From Actinomycetota bacterium (GTDB lineage: Bacteria > Actinomycetota > Acidimicrobiia > Acidimicrobiales > MedAcidi-G1), in contig JAZADL010000095.1 of NCBI GenBank assembly GCA_036123635.1, positions 1-53,606 on the forward strand: a stretch of 53,606 nucleotides of DNA, written 5' to 3'. A model generated the notes under the pieces. The model was not told where the DNA came from, did no database searches, and saw only the letters and a list, made by a program, of their open reading frames with translations. A program made the position numbers and the translations under genes. Shown in pieces: positions 26,901 to 35,973 of the stretch (position 1 is the first letter of the stretch; each line of letters starts with the position of its first letter).

Positions 26901-29192
26901 ATGAGCGAATTCAAGGGGACGATCGGCCGGACGCTGGCGGACTCCGAGCCGCACTACATGGAGCCACCACACCCGGGCGAGGCCGCACCCAACGTGGTGA
27001 TCGTGCTCCTTGACGACACAGGCTTCGCCCAACTCGGCTGTTACGGCTCCGACATCGACACCCCAAACGTGGACGCGCTGGCTGCTGGTGGCGTGCAGTT
27101 CACAAACTTCCACGTGACACCACTGTGCTCACCGACGCGTGCGGCGTTGCTAACCGGCCGGTCACAGCACGCAGTCGGACTACGGGGCGTTTCCAACTGG
27201 CGCACCGGGTTCCCACACCAACTGGGCCACATCTCGAACTCGGCGTCCACCATCGCAGAGGTACTCCACGCCGAGGGATACGCCACCTTCTGCGCCGGGA
27301 AGTGGCATCTAGCGCCGACGCAGGACACTTCGGCGGCCGGACCGTTCGACCAGTGGCCGCTGGGACGCGGCTTTGACCGGTTCTACGGGTTCTTGGAGGG
27401 CGAGACCGACCAGTTTTATCCCGAGCTTGTCCGCGACAACACTCACATCGACCCACCGTCAACACCCCGGGACGGATACCACCTCAGCGAGGATCTAGTC
27501 GACCAACTGCTTCAAATGATCACCGACAGCAAGGGTGTGAGGCCGGACCGGCCGTTCTTCGCCTACTTGCCGTTCGGCGCCACACACGCCCCACACCAGG
27601 CCCCGCAGGCCTACCTCGATAAGTATCGAGGTCGATACGACGAGGGCTGGGACGTGGTGCGCCAACGCTGGTACCACCGCCAACTCGAGCTTGGCGTCAT
27701 CCCTCCCGACACAGAACTTGCGCCCCGGAACCCCGGCGTCGAGGCCTGGGACGACCTACCCGAAACGCAACGTCGACTGGCGTGCCGACTCCAGGAGGCC
27801 TTCGCAGCATTCCTGGACCACACCGACGACCAGATCGGCCGACTGGTCGCGGGGCTACGCCACATGGACGAACTCGACAACACGATCCTCGTGGTGCTCG
27901 CCGACAACGGCGCGTCGCAGGAGGGCGGACCGTTCGGAGTGATGCACGAAATGAAGTTCTTCAACGGCATTTTGGAATCACCAGACGAAGCCATCCAACG
28001 CATCGACGACATTGGAGGTCCACACAGCCACACGAACTACCCGTGGGGCTGGGCCCAGTGCGGCAATTCGCCGTTCCGGTGGTACAAGCAGAACACCCAC
28101 GAGGGTGGCGTCCACGTGCCAATGGTCATGCACTGGCCTGCCGGCTTCGATGAAGGACAGGTCGGCACGAAGCGCTCGCAGTTCGTGAACGTGTCCGATA
28201 TCACCCCGACGATCTACGAACTACTCGGCGTCACACCCCCAGAGGTGTACCGGGGAATCGAACAGATGCCAGTCACGGGCCATTCGTTCCGGACCCCCCT
28301 AGGTGATGCAGAGGCACCAGCGACAAACACGCTTCAATACTTCGAGAACTCAGGCAGTCGGGCACTGATCGCGGAATGCGAAGGCGTCTGGTGGAAGGCG
28401 GTGACCAAGCACAATCAGGGCGATGACTTCGACTCCGAGCCTTGGGAACTCTACGACCTCACCGGCGACCCGTCGGAGTGCATCAATCTGGCTGCCGTAG
28501 AGCCACAGAAGCTCGCGCAACTGGTTGACCTGTGGTGGCAGGAAGCCGAACGCCACGGCGTCCTACCACTCGACGACCGGACACTGGAGTTGTTCGCCGC
28601 GCATCCAAGCGACCATTCTCCACACCGCCTCAATCGCCGCTACGTGTACCGGCCGCCGATGTCACCGATTCCTGCAGGCGCTTCGGCCGGGCTCGGCGGC
28701 CGAGCCACCGACCTCATCGCACGAATCACCAGTGCGGCAGGCGATGAAGGCGTCCTATGGGCGACCGGGACCGAGAACTCAGGCTTCTCGGTCTTCTTGC
28801 AGAACGGCCGACTCGTCGTCGACTACAACTCCTTCGATACGCACACAATCGTCGAGTCGACCATTGAAGTACCAACCGGCGATAGCTCGCTCGGCGTCCA
28901 CCTAGAACGCGATAGCCGCACTTCCGGCTGGATCGAGGTGTCCATCGACGGTGAGGCCTGTGGCCGAGCACCGATCCCTTCGTACATGAGGATCATCTCC
29001 TCGGTGGGGGCCAGCGTTGGCCGGGACCACGGTTCGGCCGTGTCGAGCCGTTACTCGGCGCCGTTCGCGTTCACCGGGACCCTGCACGAGGTCGTGATCC
29101 AGTTGCCGGAACACCGGTCCCGAATCCTCGGGGGGGGCGAGGCCAAGGCCGACGAGGCGGCGACGGCCAGAACGGAGATGTCGCGTCAATGA
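26901..29192 (+). CDS. Cys-type formylglycine arylsulfatase, long form with C-terminal LamG/ConA-like domain
   Basis: 763 aa. VVIVLLDDTGF metal site, FGly motif LCSPTRAALLTGR (Cys codon 27126..27128), GKWHL, ADNGAS, WELYDLTGDPSE. About 230 further residues resemble a jelly-roll domain. No signal peptide. Confidence 0.92.
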   Translation: MSEFKGTIGRTLADSEPHYMEPPHPGEAAPNVVIVLLDDTGFAQLGCYGSDIDTPNVDALAAGGVQFTNFHVTPLCSPTRAALLTGRSQHAVGLRGVSNWRTGFPHQLGHISNSASTIAEVLHAEGYATFCAGKWHLAPTQDTSAAGPFDQWPLGRGFDRFYGFLEGETDQFYPELVRDNTHIDPPSTPRDGYHLSEDLVDQLLQMITDSKGVRPDRPFFAYLPFGATHAPHQAPQAYLDKYRGRYDEGWDVVRQRWYHRQLELGVIPPDTELAPRNPGVEAWDDLPETQRRLACRLQEAFAAFLDHTDDQIGRLVAGLRHMDELDNTILVVLADNGASQEGGPFGVMHEMKFFNGILESPDEAIQRIDDIGGPHSHTNYPWGWAQCGNSPFRWYKQNTHEGGVHVPMVMHWPAGFDEGQVGTKRSQFVNVSDITPTIYELLGVTPPEVYRGIEQMPVTGHSFRTPLGDAEAPATNTLQYFENSGSRALIAECEGVWWKAVTKHNQGDDFDSEPWELYDLTGDPSECINLAAVEPQKLAQLVDLWWQEAERHGVLPLDDRTLELFAAHPSDHSPHRLNRRYVYRPPMSPIPAGASAGLGGRATDLIARITSAAGDEGVLWATGTENSGFSVFLQNGRLVVDYNSFDTHTIVESTIEVPTGDSSLGVHLERDSRTSGWIEVSIDGEACGRAPIPSYMRIISSVGASVGRDHGSAVSSRYSAPFAFTGTLHEVVIQLPEHRSRILGGGEAKADEAATARTEMSRQ

Positions 29193-29716
29193 ATGGCCAG
29201 CGCACCATCGACGACGTCCCCGTGGCCCACACCCCTGACGGGGGCTGGACCACCTGGCCGCCCCCGGTCCTGGCTGGCTGCACCGAACCGGCCCCCGTCG
29301 ATGCTCCCGACCTTGACGGCTACTGGCGCACGGTCGAGATCCTGGTCGACGACCAGGAGCAACCCGACCACCCGGGACTGGGCCATGTCCAGCGGGTTGA
29401 ACAACGCGGTGACCGACTGGTCGTCACCGGTGGAGGCATCATCCACGACATGCGCTGTGACGGCACCCTGGAACGGGGAGTCCACGACGTCGCTGAGTTC
29501 GACAAGATCACCGAGATCCACGTGGTGGCCAGCTACGAGGACGGAGAACATGTACTCCGTCCTAAAGGCATGCCGATCGAGATCCGTCGCCGGCGAGAGG
29601 GTGAGAAAATGGTGTGGGACTACCTCGGGTACACGGCGCGGCTCGAACACCTTGCTCCCTCCGAGACTGACCCGGCCAACGTTTCAGCCTTGCAACCAAT
29701 TGCAGGAGATCGCTAA
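29189..29716 (+). CDS. hypothetical protein, translationally coupled to sulfatase
   Basis: 175 aa with balanced composition and GC3-rich codons. ATGA overlap with the sulfatase stop. The competing frame 29193..29738 is S/T/P/R-rich and was rejected. No family recognised. Confidence 0.65.
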   Translation: MNGQRTIDDVPVAHTPDGGWTTWPPPVLAGCTEPAPVDAPDLDGYWRTVEILVDDQEQPDHPGLGHVQRVEQRGDRLVVTGGGIIHDMRCDGTLERGVHDVAEFDKITEIHVVASYEDGEHVLRPKGMPIEIRRRREGEKMVWDYLGYTARLEHLAPSETDPANVSALQPIAGDR

Positions 29717-29786
29717 TGGAGACCCACCGGGCCCCTGAGGACGCCGGACCGACACCGGCCCAGGTCCTGATCAGTTTCTGTAACAA

Positions 29787-30230
29787 GTGATAGAGATCAC
29801 AGAGAAGACGGTCATCTCCCGGTCACCGGAGACCGTCTGGGCGGCAGTGGCCGATTTCGGTGAGATCAGCCGGTGGGCGCCAAACGTCGACCATTCATGC
29901 CTCACAAGCGCACAGAGTGAGGGTGCAGGCAGCGTCAGACGGGTCCAGGTCGACCGAAACGCGCTCCTCGAACGTGTCACGGAATGGGAACCTGGCCGCC
30001 AGCTCTGCTACAGCATCGAAGGGTTGCCGCCCGTCGTTCGCTCGGTAACCAACACTTGGAAACTTGACGGCACAGATGGTGGAACAGCCGTCACGATCAC
30101 GAGCCGTATCGATACTGGCCCCCGACCGCCCCAACAGGTGGTGGCCCGGGTCTTCGGCCGAGTCCTAGCCAAGGCTTCACGCCGCATGCTCGAAGGCCTA
30201 AAGACGCACCTCGAGGAGGGCACGCGATGA
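29787..30230 (+). CDS. SRPBCC (START/polyketide-cyclase-like) ligand-binding protein
   Basis: 147 aa. IEITEKTVISRSPETVWAAVADFGEISRWAPNV is the typical SRPBCC N-terminus. GTG start. Confidence 0.8.
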   Translation: MIEITEKTVISRSPETVWAAVADFGEISRWAPNVDHSCLTSAQSEGAGSVRRVQVDRNALLERVTEWEPGRQLCYSIEGLPPVVRSVTNTWKLDGTDGGTAVTITSRIDTGPRPPQQVVARVFGRVLAKASRRMLEGLKTHLEEGTR

Positions 30231-32833
30231 ACCGTCCCGACGTCGTCGTCCTCATGACGGACCAGGAACGTGCCGCTCCACCATATGAGCCAGAGGAAAT
30301 CGCGGCGTGGCGGCGCGAGAAGCTGACCGGGGCCCGGTGGTTCGAAGACAACGGGGTCTCATTTCGCCGCCACTACACAGGCTCGCTCGCCTGCGTTCCC
30401 AGCAGACCGACCCTGTTCACCGGCCAGTACCCCGACGTCCATGGCGTCACCCAAACAAACGGGCTCGGCAAGATGGAAGACGATTCGCGGATGCGATGGC
30501 TGCGACCCGGCGAGGTGCCGACACTCGGCCACTGGTTCCGCTCCAGCGGATACGACACCAAGTACGTAGGAAAGTGGCACATGAGCCACGCCGACTTGAT
30601 CGACTCGGCTACTGGAAAAGCACTGGCCACCCACGATGCCCGTGGTGCCCTCGACCAAGCAGCAGTGCAGGCCTATCTCGAGGCCGATCCCCTCGATGTA
30701 TTCGGATTTTCCGGATGGATCGGACCTGAACCCCATGGCGCGGCACCAGCCCAGTGGGGGCTGATCTGTGACCCAGTATTCGCCGCTCGTGCCGTCGACT
30801 GGCTCGAAGATCGATACGCACGGAGGCGCGCCGGCGAAGAAATGGCGCGGCGGCCGTTTCTGCTGGTCGTGTGCTTCGTCAACCCTCACGACGTCGTCTA
30901 CACGCCGGCCTGGCTCGGACCAATCGGCCCGGATAATCCGTTCGCAACCGATGCCGACAACCCACCTGACGTCCCCGCGTCGCCTACCGACGACGAAGAC
31001 CTAGCGACGAAGCCTGCAGCACAGGTCGCGTACAGGGCGTCCTATCCATCGACCTACGGCCCACCCCCAGTAGTTGAACGCACTTACCACCAACGAGCAC
31101 AGGAATACCGAAATCTCTACTACCGGCTGCACCTTGCCTCCGACGCTCCACTCGATCGGGTTCGCCGAGCGGTCAGCGAATGTGGCTCCGACAACGCGAT
31201 ATTGGTCCGTACGTCTGATCACGGTGAGTTGCTCGGCGCCCACGGTGGGCTTCACCAGAAATGGTTCAACCTCTACGACGAAGCCACCCGTGTGCCGTTC
31301 ACCATCGCCAGGGTCGGGGCTAAGCAGACGACCGGTCGCGTGGTCAACGATGCGCCCACATCACATGTTGACCTCGTACCTACCCTGCTCGCTGCAGCAG
31401 GCATCGACGTGGCTTCGACGTCCGAACGCATGCAAGCGTCCTTTAGTGAACTACACCCGTTTCCCGGCCGCGATCTCACACCGGTGCTCGACGGCGCTGC
31501 TGACCCAGACCGTGACCGCACCGTCTACGCGATCACTCGAGACAACATGCCAGAGGGCGACTCCGGCGCAAGCGGCGTGGCTCGCCGCCTAGGGCGCATC
31601 GACAGGCAACCGCCGCCGCTACGGATTCGTGTGCCCGCTCACGTCGCCGCGAATTTCGAGAGCATCATCAGTCGCGTCAGCGATATAGATGCCGCCGGCG
31701 GGGGAGGAAACCTCTGGAAGATCGTCCGCAGCTTCGACGATCCAGAGACTTGGACCGAACCCGGCATCCGACACCTGGCCAGCACTGGACCGGCTGGCGA
31801 CATGTACCGCTCAGCTCCGTTGCCCGACCAGTGGGAGCTCTACGACCTCGACGCCGACCCAACCGAAGCCGACAACCGCTGGGAAGAACCGGAAGCGGCA
31901 GCAGTCTTTGAGCTCCTCGCCGGCCGTCTCGCTACTGAACGGATACGGGCTGTTCCCCGTCGTAACCGCCCGTGGCCCTATGCCGTTCGCACCCCAACCG
32001 GAGGTCCCGCCGTGAAGAAGGCGCGCCCCCCTGCACGTGTCTTGCGAAGGCTCCTCAAGCGAGCCGGCATGCATCCAGATGACACTGAGGCCAGTGATGT
32101 CGATCTGACGGGTCGGCGAGCCGTGGTTATCGCCACGAACCATGGCGTGCTGGATGTGGGCAAACCCACGGGCGTCTTCTCCAGCGAGCTCACCGTGGCC
32201 TACTACGCCTTTCTCGATGCCGGCATGACCGTCGACGTCGCCAGCCCCAAAGGCGGCGTAATCCCCGTCGACCCGCAATCACTCAAGGCCGTACTACGCA
32301 CCGACGCCTGTGACCGCTTCCTGGCCGATGACGACTTCAAGGCCAAGGTCAACGATTCCCTGATTGTCGCCGATCTGGAAGTGGTCAACTACGACATCGT
32401 CTATCTCGCCGGTGGTTGGGGCGCAGCCTTTGATCTTGGATTTTCCGAAGAACTCGGACGACAGATCACGGTCGCAAACGAGCACGAGCAAGTAATCGGC
32501 GGAGTTTGCCATGGCCCGCTCGGATTGATCCGAGCTAAGGCCGAGGACGGCTCGCCACTCGTCCAGGGTCGACGGGTCACTGGGGTGACCGACAAGCAGG
32601 TGTACGAGCTCGGCATTGCCAGCACGCCCCAGCATCCCGAAACCGAACTACGCAAGCTTGGCGCCCACTTCGAGAGTGAAACCCGATTCCGTGATCCCTT
32701 CGCAAATCACTGGGTGGTCGACGGCAACCTTGTTACTGGCCAAAACCAGAATGCTGCACCGATGGTTGCCCGCGAGATGCTGCGGCTAGCAGCAGCGGCC
32801 GAAGTGCCGACCGACCTGGAGGAGGTCTCATGA
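30227..32833 (+). CDS. fusion protein: Cys-type formylglycine sulfatase (N, about aa 1-575) plus Hsp31-like DJ-1/PfpI domain (C, about aa 620-868)
   Basis: Single 868-aa ORF. VVVLMTDQ, FGly motif ACVPSRPTLFTGQYP (Cys codon 30392..30394), GKWHMSH, SDHGE, WELYDLDADPTEADN. A basic linker follows. The DJ-1 domain then shows KPTGVFSSELTVAYYAFLDAGMTVDVASPKGG, YLAGGWGA, IGGVCHGP (Cys codon 32507..32509) and VVDGNLVTGQN. ATGA overlap with the upstream gene. Confidence 0.85.
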   Translation: MNRPDVVVLMTDQERAAPPYEPEEIAAWRREKLTGARWFEDNGVSFRRHYTGSLACVPSRPTLFTGQYPDVHGVTQTNGLGKMEDDSRMRWLRPGEVPTLGHWFRSSGYDTKYVGKWHMSHADLIDSATGKALATHDARGALDQAAVQAYLEADPLDVFGFSGWIGPEPHGAAPAQWGLICDPVFAARAVDWLEDRYARRRAGEEMARRPFLLVVCFVNPHDVVYTPAWLGPIGPDNPFATDADNPPDVPASPTDDEDLATKPAAQVAYRASYPSTYGPPPVVERTYHQRAQEYRNLYYRLHLASDAPLDRVRRAVSECGSDNAILVRTSDHGELLGAHGGLHQKWFNLYDEATRVPFTIARVGAKQTTGRVVNDAPTSHVDLVPTLLAAAGIDVASTSERMQASFSELHPFPGRDLTPVLDGAADPDRDRTVYAITRDNMPEGDSGASGVARRLGRIDRQPPPLRIRVPAHVAANFESIISRVSDIDAAGGGGNLWKIVRSFDDPETWTEPGIRHLASTGPAGDMYRSAPLPDQWELYDLDADPTEADNRWEEPEAAAVFELLAGRLATERIRAVPRRNRPWPYAVRTPTGGPAVKKARPPARVLRRLLKRAGMHPDDTEASDVDLTGRRAVVIATNHGVLDVGKPTGVFSSELTVAYYAFLDAGMTVDVASPKGGVIPVDPQSLKAVLRTDACDRFLADDDFKAKVNDSLIVADLEVVNYDIVYLAGGWGAAFDLGFSEELGRQITVANEHEQVIGGVCHGPLGLIRAKAEDGSPLVQGRRVTGVTDKQVYELGIASTPQHPETELRKLGAHFESETRFRDPFANHWVVDGNLVTGQNQNAAPMVAREMLRLAAAAEVPTDLEEVS

Positions 32834-32913
32834 AAGTCGCGGATGCCTTAGTCGATCTTTGCCGCACATGATCAAAATCATCACAAACCTCTGACGGAGT
32901 GTGAGCCCACACC

Positions 32914-33723
32914 ATGCCCAACACCGGCTTTGTCCAAGTTGATGCCTTCGCCGACGAGCCATTCCGGGGTAACCCGGCCGCCGTGGTGGTGCTGGACGGC
33001 CCAGCCGATGAGGCGTGGATGCAGTCGGTGGCATGCGAGATGAACCTTTCGGAGACAGCGTTTTGCCACCCGTCGGACACCCACGGTGGAAGCGGGGCGG
33101 CGGAGTGGAACCTCCGCTGGTTTACGCCGGTTTCCGAAGTCGACCTCTGTGGCCACGCCACGCTCGCCACGGCCCACGTACTGGTTAGCGAACACGAGAT
33201 CACCGGCGAGATCGGCTTCCACACCAGGTCAGGTCGCCTGGCTGCGGTCGCTGGCGACTACGGAATCCGGCTCGACTTTCCAGTGGATGTGATCAAGGCC
33301 CGTGACGTGACACAGAGAATGAGCGACGCCGTCGGAACCGAGGTCGTGGCCGCCGGCCGTGGAGCCACCGACCTGCTACTTGAAGTCGGAATGGCCGCCG
33401 AGGTACGCCAGTGCAGCCCCGACATCGGAATCATCGGGGAGTTGGCGCCCCGCGGAGTGATCGTGACCTCAGTGTGCGACGACCAGCAGGACGTTGACGT
33501 GGTGTCGCGGTTCTTCGCCCCGAATGAGGGGATTATGGAAGACCCGGTGACCGGATCGGCCCATACGACACTGGCCGCCTGGTGGGTGCCACGCCTTGGG
33601 TCGACCTTCCGGGCCGAGCAAGCGTCGGCGCGGGGCGGCGAGATGGACGTCGAGCTGGTGGATGGGCGGGTCCATCTAACGGGTCGTGCCGTGACCGTGG
33701 CCCGTGGGATGCTCCTGGCCTAA
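32914..33723 (+). CDS. PhzF-family isomerase-like protein
   Basis: 269 aa. FVQVDAFADEPFRGNPAAVVV, LSETAF, FTPVSEVDLCGHATLA, DPVTGSAH. Confidence 0.88.
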   Translation: MPNTGFVQVDAFADEPFRGNPAAVVVLDGPADEAWMQSVACEMNLSETAFCHPSDTHGGSGAAEWNLRWFTPVSEVDLCGHATLATAHVLVSEHEITGEIGFHTRSGRLAAVAGDYGIRLDFPVDVIKARDVTQRMSDAVGTEVVAAGRGATDLLLEVGMAAEVRQCSPDIGIIGELAPRGVIVTSVCDDQQDVDVVSRFFAPNEGIMEDPVTGSAHTTLAAWWVPRLGSTFRAEQASARGGEMDVELVDGRVHLTGRAVTVARGMLLA

Positions 33724-33733
33724 GGAGGCCAGC

Positions 33734-34426
33734 ATGAGTGACCGGACCGAACTCCGGCGGAAACCGGACCGTACCGTCGCGGACCGCGATGCCATCCACG
33801 CTGTCCTGGATGAAGGCTTAGTCGCCCACGTGGGCCTGATTGCTGGTGACGGTGACACGGCACACCCGGTGGTTATCCCGATGCTGTACGCCCGGGACGG
33901 AAACGTGATGTACCTGCACGGCTCGCCAGCTAGTCGGCTCCTGCGGACGGCCAAGAAGGGTGCCGAAGTCTGCGTGACAGTGACCCTCCTGGACGCATTG
34001 GTTTTGGCCCGTTCCGGGCTGAATCACTCGATGAACTACCGATCGGTGGTCGTCATGGGCACGGCCACCGAGATCACCGATCGCGAGGAGAAGGTGGCCG
34101 CCCTGAATCGTTTCGTCGATCACACCATCCCCGGCCGCTCCGCACAGATCCGTGCCGCCCACGATGCTGAGGTGAAGGCCACCACGGTGCTCGTTCTACC
34201 GCTGAACGAATGTTCCATGAAGGCCCGGACCACTGGGGTGGTAGATGATCCCGACGATCTAGACGAGCCGACGTGGGCAGGTCTGATTCCGCTCGGTCTG
34301 GCCATCGGAGAGCCCCAGCCCGACGAGGGTTCAGCCGGCGACACGGTTCCCGGCCATGTGGCCTTCTGGTCTCGTGGTCCCGGGCAACTCAACGGGCGGC
34401 CAGCCGATCCTAAGAGAACAGGCTGA
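33734..34426 (+). CDS. pyridoxamine 5'-phosphate oxidase-family FMN-binding protein (Pyridox_ox_2/NimA-like)
   Basis: ORF 33704..34426, with ATG 33734 preceded by [34 protein letters not shown]...YLHGS is typical of this split-barrel group. Confidence 0.8.
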   Translation: MSDRTELRRKPDRTVADRDAIHAVLDEGLVAHVGLIAGDGDTAHPVVIPMLYARDGNVMYLHGSPASRLLRTAKKGAEVCVTVTLLDALVLARSGLNHSMNYRSVVVMGTATEITDREEKVAALNRFVDHTIPGRSAQIRAAHDAEVKATTVLVLPLNECSMKARTTGVVDDPDDLDEPTWAGLIPLGLAIGEPQPDEGSAGDTVPGHVAFWSRGPGQLNGRPADPKRTG

Positions 34427-34428
34427 CC

Positions 34429-35916
34429 ATGCCTCTCGTCGGCGCGCTCGACCAGGGAACTACCAGCACCCGGTTCCTGGTAGTCGACGAGACAGGGACA
34501 GTGGTGACGTCTGCCCAACGACCCCACGCCCAGCACTTTCCTAGACCCGGATGGGTCGAACACGACGCTACCGAAATCCTCGAGAACACGTGGACGGTGA
34601 TCGCTGCGGCACTGGACCAGGCCGACTTAACCGCCGGGGACCTCGCTGCGGTGGGAATCACAAATCAGCGCGAGACCCTGGTCGTCTGGGACCCTGCGAC
34701 TGGCCAACCACTCCACCAGGCCATCGTCTGGCAGGACACCCGGACTACTGAGATTGTGGATCGGCTAGCCGACGGCGACCCGGACCGCTTTCGGGCCACT
34801 ACCGGCCTTCCACTTGCCACCTACTTCAGTGGCCCGCGGGCTACCTGGCTGCTTGAGCACGTGGACGGGCTACGGGCCCGCGGCGAGAGCGGCGAGGCGC
34901 TACTGGGAACTCTCGACTCGTGGCTGCTCTGGAACCTCACCGGGGGATCAGACGGTGGCCGTCACGCAACCGACGTCACCAACGCCTCTAGGACGCTCCT
35001 CATGGACCTGACCACCTTGGACTGGGACCCGGATCTGCTGGCCGCCATGGGCATCCCGGCAGTCATGCTGCCCCAGGTTGTCCCCTCGATCGGGCGACTA
35101 GGTGTCGGCGTGGGTTCGTTAGCTGGCGTACCCATATCAGGCATCCTCGGCGACCAGCAGGCTGCCCTATTCGGACAGGGCTGCCACGCTGCCGGTCAGG
35201 CCAAGAACACCTACGGCACCGGATGTTTCCTCCTGTTGCACACCGGCCAGCAAATAGTGCCGTCCCGCCACGGCCTGCTCACCACCGTGGCCTGCCAACA
35301 GAAGGGAAAGGCCCCCACCTACGCACTGGAGGGATCGGTGGCAATGGCCGGGGCAACAGTCCAGTGGCTACGCGACGAGATCGGTCTGATTGCCGACTCG
35401 GCCGACGTTGAGACGTTGGCTCGGACAGTCGAAGACAACGGCGACGTCTACCTGGTCCCCGCCTTCTCCGGTCTCTTCGCTCCACATTGGCGAGCCGACG
35501 CCCGGGGTGCCGTAGTGGGTTTAACCCGCTACACCAACAGGGGACACTTCGCCCGGGCAGCTTTGGAATCCACGGCCTTTCAGACCGCCGAAGTGCTTGA
35601 GGCTATGCGGGCCGACAGCGGCGTAGAACTGTCCGAGTTGCGAGTTGACGGAGGCATGGTCGTTAATGATCTCCTCATGCAGTTCCAAGCTGACCTTCTA
35701 GGAGTGCCGGTGGTCCGACCGTTAGTGGAGGAGACCACGGCCCTCGGAGCGGCCTACGCGGCGGGCCTGGCTGAGGGCTGCTGGCCCGAACTAGCCGATG
35801 TTCGCGCAAACTGGCAGGAAGGGGGCCGCTGGACCCCGTCGATGACCGCCGACGATCGGACCCGACTCACCACCCGCTGGAACCAGGCCGTACAGCGCAC
35901 CCTCGACTGGGTCTGA
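34429..35916 (+). CDS. glpK: glycerol kinase
   Basis: 495 aa. [55 protein letters not shown]. Confidence 0.95.
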   Translation: MPLVGALDQGTTSTRFLVVDETGTVVTSAQRPHAQHFPRPGWVEHDATEILENTWTVIAAALDQADLTAGDLAAVGITNQRETLVVWDPATGQPLHQAIVWQDTRTTEIVDRLADGDPDRFRATTGLPLATYFSGPRATWLLEHVDGLRARGESGEALLGTLDSWLLWNLTGGSDGGRHATDVTNASRTLLMDLTTLDWDPDLLAAMGIPAVMLPQVVPSIGRLGVGVGSLAGVPISGILGDQQAALFGQGCHAAGQAKNTYGTGCFLLLHTGQQIVPSRHGLLTTVACQQKGKAPTYALEGSVAMAGATVQWLRDEIGLIADSADVETLARTVEDNGDVYLVPAFSGLFAPHWRADARGAVVGLTRYTNRGHFARAALESTAFQTAEVLEAMRADSGVELSELRVDGGMVVNDLLMQFQADLLGVPVVRPLVEETTALGAAYAAGLAEGCWPELADVRANWQEGGRWTPSMTADDRTRLTTRWNQAVQRTLDWV

Positions 35917-35973
35917 AGTTCATGGCTGGTCTGATCCGAATTCATCGACCACTCCGGCTCTAGCATCCGCGTC

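Noticed and set aside
29193-29738. Second plus-strand frame (181 aa) competing with the 175-aa ORF downstream of the sulfatase
   Set aside because: It is S/T/P/R-rich (MASAPSTTSPWPTPLTGAGPPGRPRS...). The 29189 frame has balanced composition, GC3 bias and an ATGA coupling to the sulfatase stop.
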